Source: an uncultured Planctomycetaceae bacterium (GTDB lineage Bacteria > Planctomycetota > Phycisphaerae > SM23-33). From it: a stretch of DNA of 64,000 nt. Of the stretch, positions 18,978 to 29,366 are shown one piece after another; the stretch's first letter is position 1, and each line of letters starts with the position of its first letter. The position numbers were made by a program, and so were the translations under genes. The DNA lies in contig CAZTVF010000004.1 in assembly GCA_964616985.1 (NCBI GenBank), positions 1,128 to 65,127 on the forward strand, read 5' to 3'. The notes below the pieces were generated by a model. The model saw only the letters and a list, made by a program, of their open reading frames with translations. It was not told the DNA's origin and searched no databases.

Positions 18978-19477
18978 GGTTCGCTTCCTGGACCGGGGGC
19001 GGCCGGGCCTGCGCCATCGACCGCGGGCAACGGCGCGGGGGCCCGGGGTTCCTTCTTGGGGGCCAGCACGAGGACGATTCGTTCCGCGGCCGTGCCCTCG
19101 CCGCCGGGCAGGCTGTCCTCGACGTGTACGCGGTCAGATGGCACGCCGGCCCGCGAGAGAAAATCCAGCACGGCTCGCACGCGGGCGTCGTAGAGCTTGG
19201 CGTTGGCGCCACCGCGACGGATGACCAGCGTGCCCGGCCGCACGCGGTAGTGGTCGGCCAGCAGGGCCAGGTCGTGGCGCCCCAGTTCGTTCTCGACGGG
19301 GGAATCGATCTCGAAATGGTACGGGTAGATCGCCTGCTGGCGAATGATGGCCGCCTTGACCTGTTCATCCTGCACAAGAGCGGCCGCCGCCGAATCCAGG
19401 TGCGCGGCGGGCGCGTAGGCCGGGTCCTCGCACCCTGCCAGCATGACGGCCGCCACCGCCAGAATCACGATCTTCAT
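18974..19477 (-). CDS. Small lipoprotein of the Tad locus (possible CpaD/pilotin-like role)
   Basis: The lipobox is VMLAGCED. An ATGA overlap with the downstream TPR gene suggests translational coupling. Confidence 0.5.
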   Translation of the reverse strand: MKIVILAVAAVMLAGCEDPAYAPAAHLDSAAAALVQDEQVKAAIIRQQAIYPYHFEIDSPVENELGRHDLALLADHYRVRPGTLVIRRGGANAKLYDARVRAVLDFLSRAGVPSDRVHVEDSLPGGEGTAAERIVLVLAPKKEPRAPAPLPAVDGAGPAAPGPGSEP

Positions 19478-19495
19478 CGCTCGCTCCTTTTCTCG

Positions 19496-20404
19496 TCACT
19501 GGCCGCTCATCACGTAGAACAACCTCAATGCCGCCGGGCCAACCAGGACGATGAACACGGCAGGAAATATGAAAACAATCATAGGCATCAAAAGTTTGAC
19601 AGCCATGCGCTCGGCCGCTTCTTCCGCCATCGCCCCGCGCGAATCCCGCATGTAGGTGGTGAAGGTCCGCAGGGCCTCGGCGACGGACGTGCCGAGTTTT
19701 TCCGACTGAACAATCACGGCCACCAGCGAACTCAGCTGCTCGACCTTGGTGCGGTCGGCCATGTGACGCATGGCCTGCGCGCGCGTGGCGCCCAGATGGA
19801 TCTCGAGATTCGCCAGGGCCATCTCGTCACCGAGGTGGGGGCAGACGCGGCCGATCTCGTCGGCGACGGTGTTCCACGCCATCTCGAGGCTCAGGCCGGC
19901 CGACACGCAGATCTCCAGCAGGTCCACCGCGTCGGGAAGATGCTGGCGGATCTGGCGGGCGCGTTTCTCACGGCGGCGGTCGATGACGATGTTGGGGATG
20001 AAGAACATCAGCCCCGCCCCCATCAACGTGCCGGCCGCCTTCAGCGGCCAGGGGATTGGAAGTCGCCACAGCAGCATCGGCAGGGCCAGCAGGCCCGCCA
20101 GCAGCAGGACCATCTTGGCGCCCAGGAAGACCGAGGCGGCGCCCGGTTCATAGTAGCCGGCGCAGGCGAGATTCTCACGGAGCGATCGCGATGTCTTGCC
20201 GGCCGAAACCGTGCGACCCACCGCCTGCAGCATCGTGCCGGCGGCCGAGGAGGAGGCGGGCCCCGCGGGGGTCGGCGGCTGGGCCGACAAGCCCTGCAGG
20301 CGACGCTGAAGGCCCTGGCGGCGGAGGCGCGCGACGAAGCGAGCGACCCCCCCGGCCGCGATCACGCCTGTGAACGCCACGATGGAAGCCGCCACTTCGT
20401 ACAT
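19496..20404 (-). CDS. tadC: Flp pilus assembly protein TadC (T2SS-F family)
   Basis: The polytopic T2SF-domain protein follows tadB directly. Confidence 0.8.
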   Translation of the reverse strand: MYEVAASIVAFTGVIAAGGVARFVARLRRQGLQRRLQGLSAQPPTPAGPASSSAAGTMLQAVGRTVSAGKTSRSLRENLACAGYYEPGAASVFLGAKMVLLLAGLLALPMLLWRLPIPWPLKAAGTLMGAGLMFFIPNIVIDRRREKRARQIRQHLPDAVDLLEICVSAGLSLEMAWNTVADEIGRVCPHLGDEMALANLEIHLGATRAQAMRHMADRTKVEQLSSLVAVIVQSEKLGTSVAEALRTFTTYMRDSRGAMAEEAAERMAVKLLMPMIVFIFPAVFIVLVGPAALRLFYVMSGQ

Positions 20405-20417
20405 TCCGCCGCTCCCG

Positions 20418-21395
20418 TCAGTACCGCAGTTCAGCCAGCCGGTTCATCCACCACGACCCCAGCACCAGCCCCGCGCCGGCCCCGCCGAGGATCCACTGCC
20501 CCATCGGCATGTTCAGCATCGGCTCGAGGTACCGCGGGTTCACGATGCTCAGCAGCGCAAAGAACACGATCGGCAGCGCCAGCAGCACCCGCTTGCTGAA
20601 CTGCGTCTGGGCCGTCAACACCCGCACACGCCACTTGAGCCTCAGCCGATGCTGAATCACCACCGCCAGGCGCTCCACCACGTCGGCCAGGTTGCCGCCG
20701 CTGCGCAGCTGGATCACCACGGCCGTCGCGAACATCTGCATGTCGGGATGGTCGGACTCGGCCGCGACCTTCCGCATCGATTCCTCGACGCTGAGCCCCA
20801 TGGACTGGCTCTGGCAGATCTCGGTGAACAGCGTGCCGGCCGGCGCGGCGATTTCATGCGCGACCACCTCGAACGCGCCCAGCAGCGGCTGACCCGCCCG
20901 CAACGATCGGGCGGCCAGGCCCAGGGCGTCGATCAACTGCCGTTCGAACAGGCCGATCCGCTTGTTGGCCCGGCGGTGCAGCAGGCCGCTGAGCACCACC
21001 AGCGCCAGCGCCACCGCCCCCAGCCCGGCCAGAACGCTGTGCAGCAGCACCGAGGCCGCCGCGAACAGCAGCACCAGCGCCCCGCCCACCGCCGTCAGGA
21101 CCTTCCGCAACGGCGACGTCACACCCGCATTCCGCAACTCCTTGGCCAGGCGCCGCGATATCGTCGCGCGCTGCGCGATCTGGCGGCCGAGGATCGTCGC
21201 TTCCTGTCCGTCATGCCACAGCCGCAGCACGCGCCCCTGCGCCTCGCGCTGCCGCAGGCCCAGGCGCACCTGCAGCTCGCCCGCACGCGACCGCACGCGC
21301 CACGACCGCACGATCATCACCATGCCCCACACGCAGACCATCAGCACAAACGCCATGGCCGCCAGCACCGCCTGGAGCATGTCGACTGCGAGCAT
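20418..21395 (-). CDS. tadB: Flp pilus assembly protein TadB (T2SS-F family)
   Basis: It has a T2SF domain, and its start overlaps the cpaF stop (TGATG). Confidence 0.8.
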   Translation of the reverse strand: MLAVDMLQAVLAAMAFVLMVCVWGMVMIVRSWRVRSRAGELQVRLGLRQREAQGRVLRLWHDGQEATILGRQIAQRATISRRLAKELRNAGVTSPLRKVLTAVGGALVLLFAAASVLLHSVLAGLGAVALALVVLSGLLHRRANKRIGLFERQLIDALGLAARSLRAGQPLLGAFEVVAHEIAAPAGTLFTEICQSQSMGLSVEESMRKVAAESDHPDMQMFATAVVIQLRSGGNLADVVERLAVVIQHRLRLKWRVRVLTAQTQFSKRVLLALPIVFFALLSIVNPRYLEPMLNMPMGQWILGGAGAGLVLGSWWMNRLAELRY

Positions 21396-22738
21396 CAGGA
21401 CGCCCCCACCCCGCCGCCGGTGGGCAGGATATGATGCTGGAAGATCCCGTTCGGCAGTTCCACGCCCTGCGCCTTGAAGCGTTCCAGCAGCCCCGGCCGC
21501 ACGCCGCAGGCCTCGAAATGCCCCTGGGCCCGCCCGTCGCCGCCGACGCCGACCTGCACATAGCTGAACAGGTCGTGCATGCAGATCACGTCGCCCTCCA
21601 TGCCCGTCACCTCGACGATGCTGAGGATCTTCCTGCCGCCCCCGGTCACGCGCCCCACCTGGATCACCAGGTTGACGGCCGACTCGATCTGCTGGCGGAT
21701 GACGTGCACCGGGTAGTTCAGCCCGGCCATGCTCACCATGTTCTCCAGCCGCCGCAGGGCGTCGCGCGGGCTGTTGGCGTGCACGGTGGTCATCGAGCCC
21801 TCGTGGCCGGTGTTCATCGCCTGGAGCATGTCCAGAGCCTCGGCCCCGCGCACCTCGCCGATGAGGATGCGGTCGGGCCGCATTCGCAGGCTGTTCCGCA
21901 GAAGGTCACGCTGCGTGACCTCGCCCTTGCCTTCGATGTTGGGCGGGCGGACCTCCAGGCGCACCACGTGCGTCCGCTGCAGGCGGAGTTCGGCCGCGTC
22001 CTCGATGGTCACCAGTCGCTCGCCGTCGGGAATCCAGCTCGACAGCATGTTCAGCAGCGTCGTCTTGCCAGTGCCCGTGCCGCCGCTGATGAGGATGTTC
22101 AGGCGGCAGCGCACGCAGGCCTTGAGGAAGATCGCCATCTCGTCGGCCAGCGCCCCGAGTTTCACCAGGCGGTCGGCGTTGAGCGGGTCGGCCGAGAACC
22201 GGCGGATGCTCAGCGCCGGGCCATCGACCGCCAGAGGCGGGATGATCGCGTTGGCGCGCGAGCCGTCGCTGAGGCGGGCATCGAGCATGGGCGAGCCCTC
22301 GTCGATCCGCCGCCCCACGCGGGCGCCGATCCGCTGGATCACCTGCAGCAGGTGCGTCTCATCGCGGAAGCTGCCGCGGGTCAGCTCCAGCACGCCGCCC
22401 CGCTCGACGTAGATCTGGCGGTGCCCGTTCACCAGCACGTCGCTGATGGTCGGGTCGTGGAGAAACTCCTCCAGGGGGCCCAGCCCGAAGATGTCGTCCA
22501 GCACTTCATGCAGCAGCTGTGTTCGCTCCGGCGCCGACAGGGGGCAGTGCTCCTCTTTCAGCAGCGCGTCGATCCGCCGCGAGCATTCCCGGTGCAGCTG
22601 GTCGACGGGCATGTTGCGGGCGGCCGACAGGTCGAGCGTCTCCAGCATGCGGCGGTGCAGGCGCGTCTTGAGCTGAACGCGCGGCGGCTGTGCGCCGTCG
22701 GTCGTTTCCCCGCGGGCAAGGGCCTCTCCTTCCATCAT
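21395..22738 (-). CDS. cpaF: Tad pilus secretion ATPase CpaF/TadA
   Basis: The Walker A (GGTGTGKTT), Asp box, Walker B and His box of the VirB11/GspE superfamily are present. Confidence 0.9.
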   Translation of the reverse strand: MMEGEALARGETTDGAQPPRVQLKTRLHRRMLETLDLSAARNMPVDQLHRECSRRIDALLKEEHCPLSAPERTQLLHEVLDDIFGLGPLEEFLHDPTISDVLVNGHRQIYVERGGVLELTRGSFRDETHLLQVIQRIGARVGRRIDEGSPMLDARLSDGSRANAIIPPLAVDGPALSIRRFSADPLNADRLVKLGALADEMAIFLKACVRCRLNILISGGTGTGKTTLLNMLSSWIPDGERLVTIEDAAELRLQRTHVVRLEVRPPNIEGKGEVTQRDLLRNSLRMRPDRILIGEVRGAEALDMLQAMNTGHEGSMTTVHANSPRDALRRLENMVSMAGLNYPVHVIRQQIESAVNLVIQVGRVTGGGRKILSIVEVTGMEGDVICMHDLFSYVQVGVGGDGRAQGHFEACGVRPGLLERFKAQGVELPNGIFQHHILPTGGGVGAS

Positions 22739-23919
22739 GCAGCACTCCTCTGCGGCGCAGCCGCATCTGTGGTGGCAATTCGTTCAGCGAGGGCGCGAAT
22801 GTCTTTGCGGAATGAAGACCGCGGCGTGATCTCCGCCAGCGGCTGGCCCAGGTTGACGCCCTGGATGACGTTGGCGAAATCCTCCGACAACGTCTGGATC
22901 TGCCCGCAGGCGAGCGAGGCCTTGGCTTCCTCCAGCGTGATCATGCTGCGCCGCTTGTCGAAGCGGTTGGCCAGGACCGTCAGGCGGTCGCCGGGCAGGC
23001 CGATATCCTCCAGCGACTTCATCAGCGCGCGGGCCAGGCGGATGTCCTTCACTGACAGCTGCAGCAGCAGCAGGGTGCGGTCGCTCATGCGGACCAGCCG
23101 CCCCGCCTGGTCGACCGACAGCCGCGGCGCGTCCACGACGGTCCAGGCGTACGCCCGCCGGCAGGACTCCAGAACCGCGGGCAGGCGCTCCCACTGGCAC
23201 TCGACGGGGCAGGCGGGGCAGAAACGTTCGGGGTGGTCTTTGCGCGACGTGACGGGATTGATCAGCGCCCCCAGTCCCTCGCGCCACGGCGAGGCGCTCG
23301 ACAGCACCAGTTCCGTGTCGATTGCCCCCGGATACTCCAGCACGCTGCCCAGGCCGTAAATGCTCTCAAGCCCCAGGTAGGCCCCCATCGACTCGTAGGC
23401 GCAGTCCATGTCCACCAGCACCGCCGGGCGGTCGCCTCGCAGCGTCAACTCGTGCGCCAGGTTGACCGCCACCGTGGTGGCCCCGCAGCCTCCGCTGGCC
23501 GACAGCACCGTCACCACCTTCCCGCGCCGCCCGCCGGCGCCGGGCGAAAGCCGCTGCAGCGTCGCCAGCAGCTGCGAGGGGATATTCTCCTTGGCCACGA
23601 AACACCGCGCCCCGGCTTCCATGGCGCGGATAATGAGCCCGTGGTCGGCCGCCGAGGACAGCACGATGCATCGCAGGTCGGGAAATCGCGGCAGCGCCAC
23701 CGCGAGTTCCTCCAGCATCCTCGGGGGGTCGGCGTCCACGTCCGCCAGCATCAGCGGCGGCCGCAGTCTGTCGAGCGACTCCGCCATCTGGTCGGCGCTT
23801 GTGCACCGCCCCGCCAGCGTGTAATGGGTCGTCTCCGCCAGCGCCGTGGTGACGGCTGACTCCGTCTCGTCCGAGCCGCTCAATAGCAGGATCGCGTGTG
23901 CCGTTGCCGTGTTCATTTC
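22735..23919 (-). CDS. cpaE: CpaE/TadZ: an N-terminal receiver-like domain plus a MinD/ParA-type ATPase
   Basis: A deviant Walker A ([17 protein letters not shown]) follows the receiver-like N-terminus. The start was set at MNTATAH, and the long upstream extension in the ORF track was rejected. Confidence 0.8.
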   Translation of the reverse strand, partial: EMNTATAHAILLLSGSDETESAVTTALAETTHYTLAGRCTSADQMAESLDRLRPPLMLADVDADPPRMLEELAVALPRFPDLRCIVLSSAADHGLIIRAMEAGARCFVAKENIPSQLLATLQRLSPGAGGRRGKVVTVLSASGGCGATTVAVNLAHELTLRGDRPAVLVDMDCAYESMGAYLGLESIYGLGSVLEYPGAIDTELVLSSASPWREGLGALINPVTSRKDHPERFCPACPVECQWERLPAVLESCRRAYAWTVVDAPRLSVDQAGRLVRMSDRTLLLLQLSVKDIRLARALMKSLEDIGLPGDRLTVLANRFDKRRSMITLEEAKASLACGQIQTLSEDFANVIQGVNLGQPLAEITPRSSFRKDIRALAERIATTDAAAPQRSAA

Positions 23920-25490
23920 GTCGCCGCCCCTTTCTCGCCTGGCTCTCGCCCGAGAATCGCCGGCACCTCCGGCCCCCTGGGGCCGGCGGCAAAATCGCCG
24001 CGCCGCCCGAACACGCGCTGGTCGTACGTCTCCCACGCCCCCGGGCCCCGCAACTGGTCCAGCTTCGAATCCTGCAGCCACCGCGAGTGCGACGGCGACA
24101 CTTTCGGCACGGCCGAGCCTTCGATCTTGCCCAGCCCGTAGAACTCCCAATCGTTGGGCGCCGAGTGCAACTCGCCGGGCAGGAGCGGCTTGGAGGACAG
24201 GGGCTCCACCAGCGTCGCGGTGACCAGGACGACCAGGTCCGTTTCGGACGACTCGTACCGGCTGGAGCGGAACAGCGCGCCCAGGATGGGCACGTCGCCC
24301 GCGCCGGGTGTGCGCGAAACCCGCCCGCGCGCGGTGCGGCTGATGAGACCGGCCATGGCAAAGCTCTGGCCGCTGTGCAATTCCAGCGTGGTCTGCGCCT
24401 TTCGCGTGACGATGCTTGGAATGCGGAAGCCCTGCAGTTCGACCGCGCCGATGTCCGACAGCTCGCTCACCTCGGGCGCCACGAAGAGGCGGATGTTGTT
24501 GTCGCCCAGCACCGTCGGACGGAATTTCAGCCGGACGCCGAAATCCTTGTATTCCACCGTGATCGACGTGCCGGCAGTGCTATTGCCCTGCGCGACCGGG
24601 ATCGGAAATTGGCCGCCGGCCAGGAAGCTCGCCTCCTCGCCGCTGAGGGCCACCAGCGTGGGCTCGGCCAGGATGCGGAGGTACTGGTTCTCGGCCAGGG
24701 CCTGCAGGAAGAACTCCAGGTCGATCTTGGGGAAGCCGCCGAACACGGTCACCAGCGGATCCACCCGAACGTCGTTGGTGAAGACGTACGGCACGTTGCC
24801 GTTGGTGGCCGAGGCCCCTTTGAGCGGGCCGATGGAGATGGGGTTCACCGCCCCGCTGGACGAGCCCACCTGCAGGCCGCCGAAGAAATCGTGCCCCCCC
24901 ATGAACGCGGTGAAGCCCAGCACCCTCAGCGAGGAGCGGCTGACCTCGGCCACCCGCACGCGGAGCTGCACCTGCTGCACGCCGGCCAGCGAGATCATGT
25001 CCACGTATTTGACACCGGAGGCGTCCATGTAACGGTGGACATCGACGGCATCCTGGGCGCGGGCCAACTGCCCGGTGAGCAGCACGAAGTCGTCTCGCCC
25101 CTGGGCCACCTGCAGCGAGCATTGCGGGAACAGTCGCACCAGGTCCTGCTGGATGCGGTCGGTGTCGTACTCGACCGTCACCCGGGCCCGCCACGATTCC
25201 TCGCCATCGTTCCACGCGACCAGGTCGGTAGCGCCCATCGTCAGGCCCTGCACCAGCACCTGCTGGGGGCCCAGCACCTGGATGTCGGCCACCTTGGGGT
25301 CGGTGACCGACACTCGCTTGGCCGCCCAGGGAAGCTGCACCACCTCCGACTGCTTCTGACACAGCCGCAGCATCCGCACGCCGCCGGCCGGCTGCGAGGT
25401 CTGGGCGGCAAGGCCCGAGACGGCCAGCAGCATCGCGGCCAGTGCACTGGCAAGCGGCGTCCGCAGGGAACTGGGGGCCAGAGGTTTCAT
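23913..25490 (-). CDS. cpaC: Secretin CpaC/RcpA
   Basis: A signal peptide is followed by a secretin C-terminal domain (…LAEPTLVALSGEEASFLAGGQFPIPV…). Confidence 0.85.
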   Translation of the reverse strand: MKPLAPSSLRTPLASALAAMLLAVSGLAAQTSQPAGGVRMLRLCQKQSEVVQLPWAAKRVSVTDPKVADIQVLGPQQVLVQGLTMGATDLVAWNDGEESWRARVTVEYDTDRIQQDLVRLFPQCSLQVAQGRDDFVLLTGQLARAQDAVDVHRYMDASGVKYVDMISLAGVQQVQLRVRVAEVSRSSLRVLGFTAFMGGHDFFGGLQVGSSSGAVNPISIGPLKGASATNGNVPYVFTNDVRVDPLVTVFGGFPKIDLEFFLQALAENQYLRILAEPTLVALSGEEASFLAGGQFPIPVAQGNSTAGTSITVEYKDFGVRLKFRPTVLGDNNIRLFVAPEVSELSDIGAVELQGFRIPSIVTRKAQTTLELHSGQSFAMAGLISRTARGRVSRTPGAGDVPILGALFRSSRYESSETDLVVLVTATLVEPLSSKPLLPGELHSAPNDWEFYGLGKIEGSAVPKVSPSHSRWLQDSKLDQLRGPGAWETYDQRVFGRRGDFAAGPRGPEVPAILGREPGEKGAATK

Positions 25491-25521
25491 TGTGGACAGT
25501 TCTCCATCGCATGAAAACGGA

Positions 25522-26415
25522 TCACGGCGGCAGCGGAACAAACTCCTGCGTCTCCCGCGCCTGGCCGCGAAGGATCGTTACGCGCCAGGAAGCCGGCGTG
25601 GCCGCCGGCGCCGCGGGTTCGGAGGCGGCCATCACCGGCGGCCGTTCTGCAGTTTCGCCGGCCGTGTTGGGCGGGAGCGCGCCGGCCAGGTCCATCGTAC
25701 GCACGGGCTTGGCCGAGGCGATGGTTTCGTCGCCAGGGTTGCGCAGTGCCAGCGCGATGGTCCCGCGTGCCATCGCCAGCTGCAGGCTCTGCGCCTGTGA
25801 GATATCCACCATCAACGTCACCAGCCTCATGGCCCGCCGGTGAGGCGGGGGCTCAATCTTGCCGGCGTCGGGGGAGACAACCGTGCGATCTTCGATGCTC
25901 AGCACCTCCACCGCCTCCAGCAGGACGGTGCAGACTTTCTCGTCCCGGTCGGCCCTGGTGTCGGGGCTGAACGTGGCCAGCACGTCGACGACGCTGCCGG
26001 GCACGAGCACGGGCTCGAGCCCCTCACCCTCGGAAAACATGATGCTCACGGCGCGCTTCCCGGCGGGCAGCACGGCGGCCAGACGCATGCCCGCGTTATC
26101 CTTGACGAAGCACTCCGCTGTCAGCGCCTGTCCCTGCTCCAGGGGCATGCCCAGCACCTTGCCGACGGCGCCGACGGGATCGGCCATAGACCCGGCCGGA
26201 ACCTGGTCGACGCTCACCGACTTCTGCACGATGCATTCGGGGGAGATGATGCTCATGGCCCGCAGCGGCTTGGCCGCCACAAGTATCTGCGCCTTGGCAA
26301 CCGCGGCGTTGGGCTCAGCCGCACGCGGCGAGGGGCGCAGCAACGACACCAGGCCGGCCGCGCTGACAGCGGCGACCAGTCCCAGCATCACAAGCCCCAG
26401 CATCGACCATCTCAT
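25522..26415 (-). CDS. cpaB: Flp pilus assembly protein CpaB
   Basis: It has an N-terminal TM segment, SAF and RcpC-like regions, and sits between tadE and cpaC. Confidence 0.75.
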   Translation of the reverse strand: MRWSMLGLVMLGLVAAVSAAGLVSLLRPSPRAAEPNAAVAKAQILVAAKPLRAMSIISPECIVQKSVSVDQVPAGSMADPVGAVGKVLGMPLEQGQALTAECFVKDNAGMRLAAVLPAGKRAVSIMFSEGEGLEPVLVPGSVVDVLATFSPDTRADRDEKVCTVLLEAVEVLSIEDRTVVSPDAGKIEPPPHRRAMRLVTLMVDISQAQSLQLAMARGTIALALRNPGDETIASAKPVRTMDLAGALPPNTAGETAERPPVMAASEPAAPAATPASWRVTILRGQARETQEFVPLPP

Positions 26416-26435
26416 TCGTCACCTCGATAGCCAGC

Positions 26436-26858
26436 TCACGGCCCTTCCTTGGACATGCTGACGGCGCTGCTGACGTAGTCCGGCACCGGCACCATGGGCA
26501 GCTTCAGCAGCCCGATGCCGCTGGCGTACGGCACGCGAACCTTCACGGTCAGGACGTCGCCCGTTCTTGCGGAAGAGACGTCCGAGGGCGTGAACACGAC
26601 CGTGTAGCCGCTGGCGGAGAGCCCCGCGTCGGCCATGTCCGAGGCCACGCCCGACAGCACGGCGGCGTTGTTGGCGTCGTCGAGGATTGCGATGCGGGCG
26701 GCCCTTCGCGAGATGTCGGCCACCTGCTGCGACTTGAGGAACATCCAGCCGTACTCCATCGCCGCCAGCGTCAACAGCAGCATCAATGGCAGGATCAGGG
26801 CCATCTCGAGCGTCGCCAGGCTCCGTCGCCACGGTGTTCTTATGCGGTACATGCCCAT
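26436..26858 (-). CDS. tadE: TadE-like pseudopilin
   Basis: The TadE N-terminal motif is present (LATLEMALILPLMLLLTLAAMEYGWMF). Confidence 0.7.
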   Translation of the reverse strand: MGMYRIRTPWRRSLATLEMALILPLMLLLTLAAMEYGWMFLKSQQVADISRRAARIAILDDANNAAVLSGVASDMADAGLSASGYTVVFTPSDVSSARTGDVLTVKVRVPYASGIGLLKLPMVPVPDYVSSAVSMSKEGP

Positions 26859-27391
26859 GTCACCCCCGCGGCGACGCAGACGCCCGCGAATATCGCCACG
26901 CCGTACGGCATCTTCGGCATGGCCGTCTCGGCCAGGCCTTGGGCCCCGTCGCGATGGCCCATCAACCAGAGCACCGCCCAGCCGCTGGCCTGGCCGACGT
27001 TGACCCAGACACGGCGCCACTGCCGCCGGGCCACGGCGAAGGCGGCCGCCAGAACCACGCCGCAGACCGCCACCGCCACCAGCGCCGCCGCCCCATGCGC
27101 CAGACCCAGCCAGGCCCCGATCGCGCCCATCAGCTTGGCGTCACCAGCCCCGCCCCCGGCGAACACGAACAGCAGCACGTACGGGCACGCGAGCATCAGG
27201 CAGGCCGCAAACGACTCGGCCAACCCGGCGCCGCCGCGCGTCGCTCCGGCGACGCCCAAGGCCGCCGCCAGCAGCGGCAGCGTGAGCCAGTTGGGGATTC
27301 GCCGGCGCCACAGGTCTGTCGCGGCGGCGATCACCACCGACCATGACGCCAGCGGCCACGGGGAATGCCACAGTTCGGTCGCCCACACCAT
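26840..27391 (-). CDS. cpaA: Prepilin peptidase (A24, CpaA/TadV)
   Basis: The signature DLWRRRIPNWLTLP and a polytopic membrane profile are present. Confidence 0.8.
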   Translation of the reverse strand: MVWATELWHSPWPLASWSVVIAAATDLWRRRIPNWLTLPLLAAALGVAGATRGGAGLAESFAACLMLACPYVLLFVFAGGGAGDAKLMGAIGAWLGLAHGAAALVAVAVCGVVLAAAFAVARRQWRRVWVNVGQASGWAVLWLMGHRDGAQGLAETAMPKMPYGVAIFAGVCVAAGVTWACTA

Positions 27392-27456
27392 CTTGCTCCC
27401 ATCGTGACCGGCCAACCCCGCCGCAACACGTCACGCCGCAGTCGGCCTGACGTGAC

Positions 27457-27630
27457 TTACTTCAACGCCGTGTGCAGCGCGTCGAACTTGTTCGACACCC
27501 ACAGGCCGATCGCTGCGATCGTCGTAATGGTGGCCGTCACCACGATGCCGGCGATGATGGCGTACTCCACGGTTTCCAGGCCCTGCTCGTCGCGAATGAA
27601 CCGGCTGATCAATGCCTTCATGCTCTTCAT
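27457..27630 (-). CDS. flp: Flp-family pilin (~57 aa prepilin)
   Basis: The sequence MKSMKALISRFIRDEQGLETVEYAIIAGIVVTATITT has the G/XXXXEY processing motif. An RBS GAAGGGAACGAAAC precedes the ATG. Confidence 0.8.
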   Translation of the reverse strand: MKSMKALISRFIRDEQGLETVEYAIIAGIVVTATITTIAAIGLWVSNKFDALHTALK

Positions 27631-27876
27631 GTTTCGTTCCCTTCTGTGTTGGGCGCCGCCACGGCGCGGTGACTGTTCATGTTCCAGATTCACTCCGCCA
27701 TACTATTCCGGTGACGGCGATCCCAAAGGCTGGATCGAGCGTTTTTGAGCGCTCTTAGGCCCATTTCGATTCGTTCACCGAGGCTCGCGCAGGAGATAAC
27801 CCCGATTACGCTTTCGGTAAGATGCGGCCTGCGGCCGAACCCGGGCCGAGGCTACAATGCCCTTGATGGGGAGCCT

Positions 27877-29136
27877 ATGAAGTACCGTCGCCATGGAATT
27901 GCCCTGGTGTGGCTGGTGCTGATGTGGACCGCGATGATCGGGCTGGTGGGGCTGTCGATCGATGTGGCCTACGCCCTCAACGCACGCGCCCAATTGCAGA
28001 CCGCGGCCGATGCCGCGGCGCTGGCCGGGGCCATGCAGCTCAAGAACGGAAGCTCCGCGGCGCTGGGCGCCGCGGCCACCGTTGCCCTGGCCAATACCGC
28101 CGCCGGCGCGACCGTCGAACTGGCCGCCAGCGGCGACGCGACCGTCGGATCCTACAACGCCGGCGTCTTCGCCTCGAGCTACGCCACGCCCAATGCCGTC
28201 AAGGTCATCGCCCGCCGCACCGCCGGCTCGCCGCGCGGGCCGATGCCGCTGTTCTTCGGTCCGCTGTTTGGCGTGCCCACGGCCGACATCTCTGCCACGG
28301 CCACAGCGGTGGCCAGGCTGCGGCCCTCGGGAACCCTGATGGTGCTGAACTCCAACGCGCCGATGGCCCTGGGGCTTTCCGGTTCGGCCAGCATCACCAT
28401 CACCAAGGGCACGCTGCAGGTGAACTCCGCCGCTGCCCAAGCCGTCAACGGCTCGGGCAGTTCGAGGATCTTCGCCCCCGAGATCGACGTGGTGGGCGGA
28501 TATTACTTCAGCGGCAGCGCGGGCATGACCGGCACGATCAAGACGCACCAGCCCGTCATGCCTGACCCGCTGGCGGCGCTGCCGGAAGTCTCGTACAGCA
28601 GCTGGCCGGACCTGGGCTCGGCGAGCGTCTCAAGCAATAATAGCCGGACGATCGGCCCGGGCTACTACTCCGGCGGCATTAGCGCCAGCGGCAGCTCCAC
28701 AATGACACTCAGGCCAGGCATCTACGTGGTGGGCGGCTCGGGCGTGCAGGTCTCCGGCAGCGCGGACCTCTATGCTCGCGGCGTGATGATCTACCTCGTG
28801 GGATCAGGCGGCATGAGCATCAGCGGCAACGGCAGCATCGCCATCACACCTCCCGATCCTTCGCGCGACACCTTCGCCGGGGCGGCGACCTATGCGGGCG
28901 TGTCCGTTTTCCAGTCCAGGACCAACGCCACCAGCGCCACGTTCTCCGGCAGCAGCGGCGTCGATATCGAAGGCGTGATCTACCTCCCCAAGGCCGCCGC
29001 CGTCATCAGCGGCAACGGCCAGAGCCTTGGCGGCCAGTTCGTCGTCGACCGCCTTACCCTGTCCGGCAGCGGCGGCGTCATCTCCGGCGAAGCCGTCATC
29101 CCCCTTCCGACCAGCCAGTCCTACCTCGCTCGCTGA
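27877..29136 (+). CDS. tadG: TadG-like pilus assembly protein, divergent from flp
   Basis: An N-terminal TadE/G-like TM motif (WLVLMWTAMIGLVGLSIDVAYA) is followed by a G/S/T-rich repetitive region. Confidence 0.7.
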   Translation: MKYRRHGIALVWLVLMWTAMIGLVGLSIDVAYALNARAQLQTAADAAALAGAMQLKNGSSAALGAAATVALANTAAGATVELAASGDATVGSYNAGVFASSYATPNAVKVIARRTAGSPRGPMPLFFGPLFGVPTADISATATAVARLRPSGTLMVLNSNAPMALGLSGSASITITKGTLQVNSAAAQAVNGSGSSRIFAPEIDVVGGYYFSGSAGMTGTIKTHQPVMPDPLAALPEVSYSSWPDLGSASVSSNNSRTIGPGYYSGGISASGSSTMTLRPGIYVVGGSGVQVSGSADLYARGVMIYLVGSGGMSISGNGSIAITPPDPSRDTFAGAATYAGVSVFQSRTNATSATFSGSSGVDIEGVIYLPKAAAVISGNGQSLGGQFVVDRLTLSGSGGVISGEAVIPLPTSQSYLAR

Positions 29137-29313
29137 GTCAACCGGTCCCACTCTGCCCTCCGTGGCGGGCGAACGCGGTAATGGTACGGGGCAGCGAAAT
29201 GGGGCTGCGCCATTTGGAGTGCGGCGGCAACGACGCCGCTATGGATTCAGGCGCCGTTGCGCGCGATAGATCCAAAGCGGTGTCGCGGCCGCTGCGCGGC
29301 CTTTGCCCCCGCA

Positions 29314-29328
29314 CCTGCCTCCGGCAGG
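29314..29328. repeat. Short palindrome family C (cctgcctccggcagg). Other copies are at 18260..18274 and 53665..53679.
   Basis: The exact motif is seen at three intergenic sites. Confidence 0.6.
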
Positions 29329-29366
29329 CAGGCTCCAAAAGGCCGTCGCACGACACAACGGCACCG

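Noticed and set aside
23920-24150. A 77-aa N-terminal extension of CpaE in the ORF track
   Set aside because: It is R/G-rich and overlaps the cpaC coding end. The internal Met MNTATAH gives a canonical receiver-domain start.
27631-27693. An N-terminal extension of the Flp pilin ORF (MNLEHEQSPRRGG…)
   Set aside because: Flp prepilins are ~50-60 aa. An internal Met with an RBS gives the canonical leader plus the G/XXXXEY motif.
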